IMG/VR virus record: IMGVR_UViG_3300046660_000488
Coordinates: 62,001-126,000 of that record
Strand: one strand, 5' to 3'
DNA length: 64,000 bases
Every line of letters starts with the position of its first letter. The first letter of the stretch is position 1. The position numbers and the translations under genes were made by a program. The notes under the pieces are model-generated. The model searched no databases. It was not told the DNA's origin and saw only the letters and a program-made list of their open reading frames with translations. Positions 28,816 through 38,634 of the stretch are shown here, piece by piece.

Positions 28816-30762
28816 ATGAGCATTCCCCAGCTTGACGACGATGACATCGAGAAGCTTGACGACTTCCAGCACGCACGTCTTCGCACCGAAATGTGGTTGG
28901 GATCGCGAGACCCGAACACCCTGAACGTCCTCGAATACGAGGCCGGGAAGCCGAAGGCTGTTGAGACGACTTGGGTTCCGGCGGTCTTCACGGCCTTCCG
29001 TGAAATCCTCGACAACGCTCTGGACGAAATGATCACGCGCGGATACGGCGACCGGCTCGATGTGAGCTACGATCCCGCCACCGCGACCTTCATGATCAAG
29101 GACAACGGCCGGGGCATCCCGATCAATTTCAACGAGAAACACAAGCAGTACTCCGCCACGATGGCGATGACTGAGACCAAGGCTGGCCGAAACTTCAAGG
29201 ACCGTGGCAACTCGCGCGGCCTGAACGGCGTCGGCGGCTCGGTGGTGAACTTCTGCTCGGAATACCTGACCATCGACGTCATCCGCGACAAGAAGCATTT
29301 CAACCAGCGCTTCAACGAAGGCACGGGCGAAAAGCTGATTATCGAAGACCCGATCATCATGCCGACCGGTTCCAAGGACACGGGCACGAAGGTCAAGGTG
29401 AAGCTGTCGCACAAGGTCTTCCACGACCTGACCCTGCCGGAGAGCTTCATCAAGGCCCGCGTCTTCGAAGTGGCCCTGTGCTACCCGAAGCTGAAGGTCT
29501 ACTACAACGGCAAGCTCGTTTCGGCTGGCAAGCAAGGCGTCGAGAAGACCCTGTTCGGCGACCGCAAGCCGATCACCATCACCGTAGACGCGGTGACCAA
29601 CGTCAAGACCGGCACGATCCTGCCCGACAACACGCCGGAAGTGGTCCAGCGGCCGTTCCTGAGCAAGTTCTGGCTGGTCCCGGCCTTCTTCGAGTCGAGC
29701 GGCGAGCACACCCACAGCCTCGTCAACTGCATCCCCACGTTCCACGGCGGCAAGCACGTGGACACGTTCAAGCGCGGGTTCTTCGCTGGCATGCTCTCGG
29801 CTCTGGCCTCGAAGAGCAAGGCCAAGAAACTGAACCCGAACCGGTCGGACATGGAAGACGGGATGTTGATCTACAACATCACGGAAATGGACTCGCCCGC
29901 CTTCGACAGCCAGTCCAAGACGCGCCTGATCAACGAGGAAGTGGCGTCGGTGATCCGCAAGGCTCTCGACGACCCGGACTTCTTCAAGGGCGTGATCCGC
30001 CGCAATCCGGAGTGGGTCGATATGATCTACGCCCGTTGCGCGGAGCGGACCAAGAAAACCGACGACGCCGAAGCCAACAAGCTGGCCAAGAAGAACCTGC
30101 GGACCAAGGTCGCCGACCTTGAAGACGCATCCGGCGCCGACCGTTCCAAGTGCATCCTGTTCATCGCCGAAGGCAAGTCGGCCGTGGCGGGCATGGTCGA
30201 GGCGCGCAACGCCATGATCCACGGTGGCCTCCCGCTGCGCGGCAAGGTGCTTAACGTGTTCGAGGAGTCCACCAAGACCGTCCTCGAAAACAAGGCCCTA
30301 AGCTCGATCATGAAGGCCGTAGGCCTGATCCCCGGCCAGCGCGTGAACCGCCACCAGCTTCGCTACGGCAAGATTTACATCACCACGGACGCCGACGAGG
30401 ATGGGAAGAACATCGCAGCCCTGCTGATCAACTTCTTCTTCACGATGTGGCCGGAGTTGTTCGATCCCGAGAAACCGCCGTACGTCTATCTGTTCGACAC
30501 CCCGCTGATCGTCGCAGTCAAAGGCAAGACGCGGAAATACTGGTACAACGAGGACTACGACGACTTCAACCCGGAGCAGTACAAGGACTGGAAGCTCACC
30601 CGCGCCAAGGGTCTGGCCGCCCTGAAGAAGGACGACTGGAAGTGGGTACTTGAAAATCCGAAGGCTACACCCATCACTGACGATGGCGAACTGAAAGAGG
30701 CGATGAACCTCTTGTTCAATCCGAAACTCGCTGATAAGCGAAAGGAATGGATCGGGATGTGA
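28816..30762 (+). CDS. DNA topoisomerase II large subunit (T4 gp39+60 / GyrB-like)
   Basis: EILDNALDE, DNGRGIP, GLNGVG, TOPRIM AEGKSA, PLRGK, TTDADEDG, KGLAAL. Confidence 0.96.
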   Translation: MSIPQLDDDDIEKLDDFQHARLRTEMWLGSRDPNTLNVLEYEAGKPKAVETTWVPAVFTAFREILDNALDEMITRGYGDRLDVSYDPATATFMIKDNGRGIPINFNEKHKQYSATMAMTETKAGRNFKDRGNSRGLNGVGGSVVNFCSEYLTIDVIRDKKHFNQRFNEGTGEKLIIEDPIIMPTGSKDTGTKVKVKLSHKVFHDLTLPESFIKARVFEVALCYPKLKVYYNGKLVSAGKQGVEKTLFGDRKPITITVDAVTNVKTGTILPDNTPEVVQRPFLSKFWLVPAFFESSGEHTHSLVNCIPTFHGGKHVDTFKRGFFAGMLSALASKSKAKKLNPNRSDMEDGMLIYNITEMDSPAFDSQSKTRLINEEVASVIRKALDDPDFFKGVIRRNPEWVDMIYARCAERTKKTDDAEANKLAKKNLRTKVADLEDASGADRSKCILFIAEGKSAVAGMVEARNAMIHGGLPLRGKVLNVFEESTKTVLENKALSSIMKAVGLIPGQRVNRHQLRYGKIYITTDADEDGKNIAALLINFFFTMWPELFDPEKPPYVYLFDTPLIVAVKGKTRKYWYNEDYDDFNPEQYKDWKLTRAKGLAALKKDDWKWVLENPKATPITDDGELKEAMNLLFNPKLADKRKEWIGM

Positions 30763-30974
30763 TGACTGTCGAGAAGCCGAAAGCCCCGTACACGGTTCTG
30801 GTTCGGCTTGACAGCATCGAGCACTGCAAGGAGGCGATGGCTTGGTTCGTCGCCTCCTTCCCCGACGAGACCCCAAACTTCACCATGCGCTACGCCAAGG
30901 CTGGCGAGTACGTCCTGCGCGCCCGGTTCGTCAGCAAGAAAAACGCAGCCGTCTTCAGGTTGTTCTGGTCATGA
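30762..30974 (+). CDS. Small protein (FKLxW-motif family)
   Basis: C-terminal FVSKKNAAVFRLFWS. Confidence 0.65.
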   Translation: MTVEKPKAPYTVLVRLDSIEHCKEAMAWFVASFPDETPNFTMRYAKAGEYVLRARFVSKKNAAVFRLFWS

Positions 30975-30999
30975 AAAAAGGCGGTTCCTTAGAACCGCC
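30974..30999. terminator. Intrinsic terminator at a convergent junction
   Basis: GGCGGTTC/GAACCGCC stem with flanking A-tract. Confidence 0.65.
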
Positions 31000-31273
31000 C
31001 ACTCTTTATGTCATCTTCGGCCGTGGTGATTGACGGCCGCCCGAAACAGGTGCACGGCCCGTCGTATTCCCGCTCCAGACGCCCCCTGACGGCGTAGAGC
31101 ATGCTGATCTCCACCTCCCCATTCGGATAGACCTCGTAGGGCCTGTTGCACTCGCGGCAGGCCTCAGTTGTCTTGTCTCGAACAACAACGCTCGCGAAAT
31201 GGAGACAGTAGGGGCAATAGTGCTCCACTACCGTCTCTGCTTCCACGTGATAGTTGGCGGCCGGGTTTCTCAT
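30989..31273 (-). CDS. Zn-finger-like hypothetical protein
   Basis: CPYC...CREC. Confidence 0.6.
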   Translation of the reverse strand: MRNPAANYHVEAETVVEHYCPYCLHFASVVVRDKTTEACRECNRPYEVYPNGEVEISMLYAVRGRLEREYDGPCTCFGRPSITTAEDDIKSGRF

Positions 31274-32739
31274 AGCTTCAACTTCTTCAGTTCTTCGAGT
31301 TCAGTGTTGTATATATCCTTGCGGCGCGCTGGCTTGGCGAGAATATCCTTGTACTCTTTGATGTCGAGTTTCAGCTTCTCGATGATCGCGGTGACCTCCG
31401 CCTCGTATTCCTTGGTCCACCGGTAGGTGGGCAGGCTGACGACACGGCTCATCTGCGATTCGTCGAGCACGATCTTGGCCTTGCCGATGACCGTGGTGAC
31501 TTCCTCGACGACGCCTGCCCGGTTCGGGAACTTGCCCAGCTTCGAGGTGAAGCTGGTGTCCTTGAACAGGGCCTTCAGCGCGAGGTAGTAATTGAGTTCG
31601 TAGCTGGCGTCGTCGCGCATCTTCTCGTAGCGATTGACGTACCATTGCAGGCGCCACGCCACGAATTCCTTGACCACGTCTTCGGCCGACTCGTACTGCT
31701 TGATCCGTGTGCCGCCCCAGTCGATCACGACGATCCGTTCGGTGACCTTCTGGTGCAGCTTGAAGAACTCGACGGCGTCAGCGTCGGTCCACGCCTTGCG
31801 GGCCGGGACCTTGGTCTTGACGACCTTGCCTTCGATGGTCTCCGTTTTCACCGACGCAGGCTGAGCCGCCAGCGATCCGCGCAGCATCTTGATGGTGATC
31901 TTGATGCCGTCCGCCGACTCGTCGGTGAAGCCCTTGATCTCGCCGCTGTCTTCCATGGCGATCAGACGCTCTCGGAAATCCTCAAGCTCCATGCCCGGCG
32001 GCAGTTCGCTGATGTAGATCGTCGAAGTGTCGATGATCTTGGCCTTGCCGGTGTAGACCCACTGGTTGGGACCGACGTTCTTGACCGAAATGTCGTAGCG
32101 CTCATACGTCGGGATCAACTGCTTGACCGGACGGTCGTTCAGAGCGTCCTGCGTGGCCTGCACGAGGGCCTTGAACTGCCGGGGCAGGATGTTGGTGCTC
32201 CAACCCACCGCGACGCCCTTGACGCCGTTCAGGAGGACTACAGGGATCAGCGGCAGGAAGTGCTTGGGCTGGAGGTTCGAGCCGTCGTAATTCTCTTCCA
32301 GCGGGATCAGGTCGAGGTCGTTGTAGAAGAACGCCTGAGCGGCCTTGGAGCGGACGACCTCGGTGTAGCGCGGCGCGCCGATGCCTTCGACCGGCGCGAT
32401 GCGGCTACCGAACGCTCCCTCGCCCTGAATCAGGGGGACGTTGTTCTTGTAGGGGGCGGCCAGCAGGTTGATGGCGTTGTTCGCCGACGTCTCGCCGTGG
32501 ACGTACAGACGCTCGTAACCCATCAGCCCCGACAGGGCGAAGGTCTTCAGCTTCTCGGCACGGTTCCGCAGCAGCCACAGCGCCACGCGCTGGCCAAACT
32601 TCATGCCGTCTTCCACTGCCGGGATGGCGCGGGTTGAACAGACGTAGATGGCGTATGAGCGGCTGTCGCGGAGGATAAGCTTGCTCGAAGACAGCAAAAT
32701 GGCCTTCGAAGACAACGGTTTTGGTACTGACTTGGCCAT
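31270..32739 (-). CDS. DNA topoisomerase II medium subunit (T4 gp52 / GyrA-like)
   Basis: RAIP..EDGMK.GQR, YVHGETS, GAFGSR, APRYT catalytic Tyr, LLNG..GVAVG. Confidence 0.95.
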   Translation of the reverse strand: MAKSVPKPLSSKAILLSSSKLILRDSRSYAIYVCSTRAIPAVEDGMKFGQRVALWLLRNRAEKLKTFALSGLMGYERLYVHGETSANNAINLLAAPYKNNVPLIQGEGAFGSRIAPVEGIGAPRYTEVVRSKAAQAFFYNDLDLIPLEENYDGSNLQPKHFLPLIPVVLLNGVKGVAVGWSTNILPRQFKALVQATQDALNDRPVKQLIPTYERYDISVKNVGPNQWVYTGKAKIIDTSTIYISELPPGMELEDFRERLIAMEDSGEIKGFTDESADGIKITIKMLRGSLAAQPASVKTETIEGKVVKTKVPARKAWTDADAVEFFKLHQKVTERIVVIDWGGTRIKQYESAEDVVKEFVAWRLQWYVNRYEKMRDDASYELNYYLALKALFKDTSFTSKLGKFPNRAGVVEEVTTVIGKAKIVLDESQMSRVVSLPTYRWTKEYEAEVTAIIEKLKLDIKEYKDILAKPARRKDIYNTELEELKKLKL

Positions 32740-32806
32740 AAAATCGCTTAAAACAATAAGAAATGGGGCGACTTTCGCCGCCCCATCTGGAAATCACCGG
32801 CGAAAC

Positions 32807-33136
32807 TTAGGCGACGCTCGCCCAGTGGATGCCGTGGGAGTTGTCCACGCCGACCCGGATGTTCACGTCCTTGCCGAGGACTTCCTTGGCAACCCGACGC
32901 AGACGCTGTGCCAGTTCGTACGACTGGTCTTGGGTCAGGCGGGCCTGCTTCAGCATCTGGCCCAGATCGACAGACACGATGGCCGAGGGGTGCTGGTGGC
33001 CGTTGACGTGAACTGCCTCGCGCGTGAGGCCAATGTTCTGGGTGGCCAGCCAGTTCTTCAGGTCGTTGAGTTCAACGGTGCTCTTTGCACGCGCCGGACG
33101 CTTGCCTTCAGTCTTCTTGGTCATTGGAAATAACAC
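32807..33136 (-). CDS. Hypothetical protein
   Basis: Good codon bias. Confidence 0.65.
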   Translation of the reverse strand: MLFPMTKKTEGKRPARAKSTVELNDLKNWLATQNIGLTREAVHVNGHQHPSAIVSVDLGQMLKQARLTQDQSYELAQRLRRVAKEVLGKDVNIRVGVDNSHGIHWASVA

Positions 33137-33448
33137 TCAAAGTATAGGGAGACCCGCGAAATCTTTGAGCGGCGGGCCGTATCGCTCTATCCCCAAAGTA
33201 CCCAATAGGCCCTTGACATCGCAATATATTTCGTTCGCCAGACGGAAATTCGTCTCCGGAAATTCGCTCGAAAATTCGTGCACCAACTTAAAGCGGCTTT
33301 TAGTTAACGACTTTTTGTGATAAATATCAATGGCCTGCACATTTTTGGAGCAAGTCCCAGCCTATCGTTGGGGCATATTGAGGTTGACAGGCCGCCTCCG
33401 GAACCCGTTTAATCCGGCTTCCTGTTAAACACTTTTTAAGGAGAACTG

Positions 33449-33985
33449 ATGCGATCCCGCAAGACCGCTGCTGCATTTCTATTCGTGCTAACTCTACTAA
33501 CGACAAGCATTTTCTCGGGCACGACAGCTAAAGCTTCCACTCCCCAACCCACCATCGCAGCACTCGAAAAAATCGTCCCCTCGTCGCTTGACGACATCGA
33601 CGGGGAAAACCGCAACCAGATCGTTTGTCTCGCTCTGAACATGTATCACGAAGCTCGGGGTAGCACCCAAGCCGACATCATGGCAGTCGGGCACACGACC
33701 AAGAACCGAACCAAATATCGAAAGAAGACCTACTGCAACGTCATCTGGGAAAAGGGCCAATACGACTGGGTCCGACGTCCGATTTCGCAGCAAATGCCCA
33801 AGGACTTAAAGACGTGGCGCCAAATGGTGGATTCCGCCCGTCAGATCGTCATGGACGATCTACCCGATCCGACTAAAGGGGCAGACAGTTTCTATTCTCG
33901 TCGTCGGGGACCAACAGCACAAGCCACACGGTCCTCTGTTCGCGTACCCATTGGCGGTAATGTTTATTACCGAATGGGTGGTTAA
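33449..33985 (+). CDS. SleB-like cell wall hydrolase (Hydrolase_2) with signal peptide
   Basis: CLALNMYHEARG, AVG..KNR, CNVI..GQYDW, DPTKGA; RBS AAGGAG. Confidence 0.88.
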   Translation: MRSRKTAAAFLFVLTLLTTSIFSGTTAKASTPQPTIAALEKIVPSSLDDIDGENRNQIVCLALNMYHEARGSTQADIMAVGHTTKNRTKYRKKTYCNVIWEKGQYDWVRRPISQQMPKDLKTWRQMVDSARQIVMDDLPDPTKGADSFYSRRRGPTAQATRSSVRVPIGGNVYYRMGG

Positions 33986-33996
33986 ATAGGGCAATC

Positions 33997-34362
33997 ATGA
34001 GCCCCGAAGACCTAGAACTCTGGAAGAAGGTGACCGAAGGTCTGGTTCCCTTGCTTCCCAAAACCAGCGCTCCGGCAATCCGGCCGGATGCGCTCGTTAT
34101 TCAGCGTCCCCGTGCGCGCCAGTCGGAAATCGACTTGCACGGCCTCACCATCCAACAAGCTTGCGTCGAGACCCGGCAGTTCATCACGGACGCCAAGGCC
34201 GCAGGCCTGCGTCACGTGACCATCATCACGGGACTGTCCGGCTACATCCGCCGGGAATTCCCCTTCTGGGTTGATCAGCTACCCGAAGTCCGCAAGATCG
34301 AGCCGTTCAGCGGCGGCGGAGCCTTCAAAGTCTATCTCAAACGCGATAAGCGCCGAGCGTAA
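33997..34362 (+). CDS. Stand-alone Smr-domain nuclease (SmrB-like)
   Basis: N-terminal EDLELWKKV helix, IDLHGLT..QA, IITG, GGGA. Confidence 0.9.
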   Translation: MSPEDLELWKKVTEGLVPLLPKTSAPAIRPDALVIQRPRARQSEIDLHGLTIQQACVETRQFITDAKAAGLRHVTIITGLSGYIRREFPFWVDQLPEVRKIEPFSGGGAFKVYLKRDKRRA

Positions 34363-34858
34363 TCGGCGCCAGCGAGTCCACCAGAATCACGCCATGCTCG
34401 TCGCAGCCCGGCTTCACCAGATGCAGAAGATCGTCCACCAAGACGGTGCAGCCCAACTCGGCCGCCTTCTTGCCCTTGAACCGGATGAACTCGCGAGCAT
34501 GGTCGATCTTCAGCGCTTCCCAATCGCCGGTCGCCTCAGCCTCGTACAGCGCCATGCGGGCATTGATCTCGTTGTCCACGACGCCGCAATGGACGTTAAA
34601 GCAATCCGACACGATGGTCGGACAGCGGTGGATGCCAGCGATCAGCCGGTGAGCTTCGTGCAAGCCGTGGGCGTGCAGTTCAGGGATGATGATGTCGGCC
34701 CACTCGTCCGTCTCACGGAAGGTGATGACGTGGTGGGTCTTGTGGGGCGTCATGGCGATGTAAGCGCGCCAGAAAGCCGAATTGTCACCCTTGATCAGGG
34801 TCTTGTCCATGTCCCACGCGATGGTGTCGTGCAGGTCGAGTACTGGATGAAGGTTCAT
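34337..34858 (-). CDS. HAD-superfamily phosphatase-like protein
   Basis: AWDMDKTL motif I, ITFR, LVDD motif IV. Confidence 0.7.
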   Translation of the reverse strand: MNLHPVLDLHDTIAWDMDKTLIKGDNSAFWRAYIAMTPHKTHHVITFRETDEWADIIIPELHAHGLHEAHRLIAGIHRCPTIVSDCFNVHCGVVDNEINARMALYEAEATGDWEALKIDHAREFIRFKGKKAAELGCTVLVDDLLHLVKPGCDEHGVILVDSLAPITLGAYRV

Positions 34859-34914
34859 AATGTCCGCAGAGAATGGTTACGCGAATATTTAGGATTTTGA
34901 CACAACCTATGATT

Positions 34915-35635
34915 CGATTCTATCGTCCGACTCTTGGACTGTTTGTCCACCATAGCTCAGGGCGTACAGCGGTTGCCCACCGCACGACGGAAGCCGGGAC
35001 TCTATCCAGACCGGCAACCATGAGGCAGAGCAGCCGACAAGACATATGACGAGCTACAAGCCGGTGCAAGTCCGGATGGCAAGCAACCTCATGTGGCCAC
35101 TTGGTGGAACACTCGTTCCATAAGAGCGCGCCTTAAAAAGAAGAGAGTTGCGTCTTGTTTCATTTGACGCCTCTCTGCGTGCGACCGATCCCTCGACTGT
35201 CGGCGTACGTGCTTGAACTACACCCTCATAACCGTTTTGCTATACCCGTTCACCCGAGACGCACCGCGCCGGGGATGAAAGCGCTCGCTTGAGCACATCC
35301 TTCCGGACCGCGCAACGTCTCCATCTTCAGGTGGAACGCGCAAGGATTGGGCCGTCACATGCTGGTACAGGGAAACCGCCAGCCTCAGCAAACAAACTGA
35401 TCGCGGCTTGTCGAGAGACCAACAACTCATGGTCAAATCATCCTCCCTCTTGGACTGGAATCCTTTACCCGGATTTCTGTTCAAGGGGGAGGAAAGAGAC
35501 ACTAAATCTATGGTTCAAGGAATAAACGGTCTCCTTCCTCTATCATCAAGGTACAACTTGGCGTGACGGGATGAGCGTAGCGACAGCGAAGCGATTCCCA
35601 AGCGCCATCAGGAGGCGTAGCCGCCTGATCGAATA
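34915..35635 (+). ncRNA. Putative large structured non-coding RNA/element
   Basis: ~830-nt gap without a credible ORF; many nested complementary stems, a T-loop-like hairpin and a GAAA tetraloop (see findings). Confidence 0.6.
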
Positions 35636-35695
35636 GATTTGCATTTCGTTTACCATTATGCGTATGATCATGAAATTGTTTTTTAAGCCATTTTC

Positions 35696-36220
35696 ATGCT
35701 CATCACCCCGCCCAAAATTCTTGTGGCAGACATCGAGACCAACGCCATCCACAACCCGACCCGTTTCTGGGTCCTTGGCATTCTCGATTACCACACCGAC
35801 GAGTTCACCGGACATGTGGGCGACGACGACATCGCCGAGGGGCTGATGCGTCTGGAAGAAGCTGACCTGATCATCGGCCACAATTTCTTGGGCTACGACA
35901 ACAAGAATATCACCCGCCTGACCGATGGCGTCTTCGTCCTCGACAAGGAGAAGATCATCGACACCGTCAAGCTGAGCAGGTCACTCGTCAAAGAGTTCGA
36001 CACCTCTCGCGGCGGTCCGGGCCACGGCCTGAAGGCATGGGGTGATCTTTTCGGTTACCCGAAGGGTAACTGGGACAAATTCGACCGTTTCTATCCCGAA
36101 ATGGTCCCATACTGCGAGCAGGACTGCCGAATCACCAAGAAGGTGTTCGATTTCGTCAACGAGATCGAGACCGGCATCCATGGTCGCATCAACCTGCTGG
36201 AACGAGCGAATGTCCGATGA
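35696..36220 (+). CDS. Stand-alone DnaQ-like 3'-5' exonuclease (PolA-exo type)
   Basis: ExoI ADIETN, ExoII GHNFLGYD, ExoIII YCEQDC. Confidence 0.88.
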   Translation: MLITPPKILVADIETNAIHNPTRFWVLGILDYHTDEFTGHVGDDDIAEGLMRLEEADLIIGHNFLGYDNKNITRLTDGVFVLDKEKIIDTVKLSRSLVKEFDTSRGGPGHGLKAWGDLFGYPKGNWDKFDRFYPEMVPYCEQDCRITKKVFDFVNEIETGIHGRINLLERANVR

Positions 36221-37001
36221 CATTTTCACCCAAATTGGCCTCGACGATGAGGACCGGTTCAACGCGGAGAACGACATCGAGTTGATGCCGACCGATCCTC
36301 GCGATCTTAACGGCATACCAGCAGATGAACTCGACTCTGAGATCGAGTTGGCACAACTGGATGGCTTTACCTATGCGGAGGCCAAAGCCATGGTCCTTCG
36401 CCGCGCCAACGTCGATACCGCGTTGACCAAGCACGGGATGATGGCGCCCGACAGCGTCATCGCCAAGGTCCGCGACACGCGCAAGCTCGACGATTCTGCC
36501 TTCATCTTGGCTCCCAAGGACGTGAAGGCGACCTCGGTTTCGATCATGAACCGCATTCGCGGGATCGTCACCTACGCCAAAACCTACCCGACCGGAACCT
36601 ACGTCCTGCTCGGCGACCACAAGAACTGGTTCGTCTGCCGCATCGGCCTTGTCGAGGACGACACGTTCCAACACGTGGTCCACGTCATGAAGGACAAGGA
36701 TGGTGTTCACTGGATGGACGCCGCCAAGGTCAGGCATTCGTTCTCCAACCGCTGGGAGAGCATCATTCATGCTTTCGCGGATGACGAAGACGCTGTCGTT
36801 TTCATCAAGCAGTTCGAGAGCAAGATTTACCGCCTGCAAGCAATCATCGAAGAGTCCGACCGCATCATGCTTGAAAGCATGCAGAGCGGTGACTACCAGC
36901 GTGCACGAAATATTTCAACCGCGATGAACTCAACATACGACGAGTGCATCGACCATTTCAGAACGCTCGGCGTCTACAACAAGATGTTCGACGACAACTA
37001 A
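36210..37001 (+). CDS. Hypothetical protein
   Basis: Probable start MSDDIF at 36210. Confidence 0.75.
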   Translation: MSDDIFTQIGLDDEDRFNAENDIELMPTDPRDLNGIPADELDSEIELAQLDGFTYAEAKAMVLRRANVDTALTKHGMMAPDSVIAKVRDTRKLDDSAFILAPKDVKATSVSIMNRIRGIVTYAKTYPTGTYVLLGDHKNWFVCRIGLVEDDTFQHVVHVMKDKDGVHWMDAAKVRHSFSNRWESIIHAFADDEDAVVFIKQFESKIYRLQAIIEESDRIMLESMQSGDYQRARNISTAMNSTYDECIDHFRTLGVYNKMFDDN

Positions 37002-37011
37002 GGAATTTGAC

Positions 37012-37212
37012 GTGAAGATTTCCACCGCTCGCAATCTCATCTTTGGTCTGTATGGCTTTTTCTTCTCGTTGTGCGCGGTGTTTGCCGTCGCGTGGGGCAC
37101 GCATGTCGTGGTTTGCATCAAGAACCATGAATACCTGTTTATGCTCGTCGGCGCCATCGCCTTCCCGGTCGCCGTCGTTCATGGGATTGGCATCTGGTTC
37201 GGAGTTTGGTAA
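37012..37212 (+). CDS. Small membrane protein
   Basis: Two TM segments; RBS AAGGA. Confidence 0.7.
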   Translation: MKISTARNLIFGLYGFFFSLCAVFAVAWGTHVVVCIKNHEYLFMLVGAIAFPVAVVHGIGIWFGVW

Positions 37213-37222
37213 ACCAAATCCT

Positions 37223-37633
37223 ATGACCAAGATCGAGCGCCAAGGCCTTCCGCAGTTCGCGACCACGACAGCCACTAAAATCTGGCTGGACATCATGAAG
37301 CGCAGCCGGGAAAAACTGATCAGGGAATCTGGTTGGGACCATGCCGCCGCCCTTCCAGTCGGGACATTTGTCCTCTGCGGCACGCGGCTCAATTGGTCTA
37401 TCGCTCGGGTCGGGTTCGACGTGGGTCCGGGGTTCGCACCGTCCGCCAAGCTGACGTCGCTGCGCGATCTGACATGGACGCTTTTCGACCGCGAATACCG
37501 GGAGAAATACGCCCCGGTGGAACCGTGGGACAGTGTGTTCTACGATTTCAAGAGTGACGCTGACTTGGCCGATTTCATCAAGGCGGCCTACAAAGTCGAA
37601 GGCCGCTTCCGAGACTGGTCGAACATCTGGTGA
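37223..37633 (+). CDS. Hypothetical protein
   Basis: Operon packing; FKSDADLADF motif variant. Confidence 0.65.
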   Translation: MTKIERQGLPQFATTTATKIWLDIMKRSREKLIRESGWDHAAALPVGTFVLCGTRLNWSIARVGFDVGPGFAPSAKLTSLRDLTWTLFDREYREKYAPVEPWDSVFYDFKSDADLADFIKAAYKVEGRFRDWSNIW

Positions 37634-37857
37634 CCGACTATCCACACAAGGTGGTCATCACCCTCGACGATCATCCCGACGTCTGGGATCGGAAGGCGAT
37701 GGCGAATTACGAGTTCGTCGTCCTGACCCCGGATACTGAGGCGTGGATGCTCCGCAATCTGCACGGCAAATTCCAAGCCTTCCCGTCCGACGTGGACATC
37801 GTCTTCGAGTTTGCCAGCGACCGTGACGCAACCCTTTTCAAGCTGTTTTTCGCATGA
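37630..37857 (+). CDS. Small protein (FKLxW-motif family)
   Basis: FASDRDATLFKLFF. Confidence 0.7.
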   Translation: MTDYPHKVVITLDDHPDVWDRKAMANYEFVVLTPDTEAWMLRNLHGKFQAFPSDVDIVFEFASDRDATLFKLFFA

Positions 37858-38186
37858 CCGATCTGCGATCCGATGAAGTCGAAATCCTGACCCGCGAGCC
37901 CCGCCGCATTTCGATGCGGCCGGAAGCCATCGCCGAGCGCCAGCGGGCCTATAAGAACAATTGCATCAAGATCGACCGGCGGAAATACCCCAAGCTGTTT
38001 GGTTGCCCGCGCTTTGCAAAAGGCATGGAGTTCGATCAACCCAGCCCAACTCTATTGGCGTGGAAACGCAGCCCCGCTCGTTTCGGCGTCATCAAGATCG
38101 AGCCCCACGTCATGGGCCTCGTCATTCGCTTTGAATCGCTGGCCGATATGGTCCAGTTCGAGAGGGACTTTATTGATGTCGCGTGA
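37854..38186 (+). CDS. Hypothetical protein
   Basis: ATGA overlap; FESLADMVQF motif variant. Confidence 0.65.
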   Translation: MTDLRSDEVEILTREPRRISMRPEAIAERQRAYKNNCIKIDRRKYPKLFGCPRFAKGMEFDQPSPTLLAWKRSPARFGVIKIEPHVMGLVIRFESLADMVQFERDFIDVA

Positions 38187-38634
38187 ACCTTGGGTGATCC
38201 GCTGGCGCCAGCGAACGGCTGACGGTCTGCGCTGGCGGTATCGCTGTCGCAATCTCGGCCCATCACCGGTGCTGGACTTCGTTTCCACCCATGCGGTCGA
38301 TGGTGGTGACGATTTTCCGTGGGTGTACTGGTCGTTCAAGTCGGAAGACATCGAAGCACAGTTTGAAGAACTGTTCCCGAGCGACCACTATCCGGACGAT
38401 GACGACACCCTCGACACTCCGCCTCCAGTTCCGGTGGTCGTCAGCCCCGAGCAAGAGGCGATGGAGACGGAGATCATGACGATCCTTCAGGATGAAATTC
38501 AGAAAGAAATCGTTCGTGAAATCCGGGCCGAAGATCGACTTCGGCAGATCAAGGAAGAGGCGGCGATGAAATCGAAACTTCGAGCGACGCAGCACCTGAT
38601 CGACGGCGTCATCGACCGGATGATGAAGCGCTAA
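38176..38634 (+). CDS. Hypothetical protein
   Basis: Probable start MSREPW. Confidence 0.65.
   Translation: MSREPWVIRWRQRTADGLRWRYRCRNLGPSPVLDFVSTHAVDGGDDFPWVYWSFKSEDIEAQFEELFPSDHYPDDDDTLDTPPPVPVVVSPEQEAMETEIMTILQDEIQKEIVREIRAEDRLRQIKEEAAMKSKLRATQHLIDGVIDRMMKR

Noticed and set aside
35485-35500. GAGGAAAG as RNase P RNA signature
   Set aside because: Not followed by GTCC, no matching 3' P4 strand (AACAGAA..GGCTTA) found, and the segment pairs locally with 35529-35540.
35218-35525. Track ORFs 35218-35502(-) and 35289-35525(+)
   Set aside because: No RBS, atypical codon usage, and they lie within the stem-rich non-coding region.
34915-35635. tmRNA or group I/II intron
   Set aside because: No tRNA-Ala-like ends with a tag ORF; the element is intergenic and I found no recognisable P7 or domain V.
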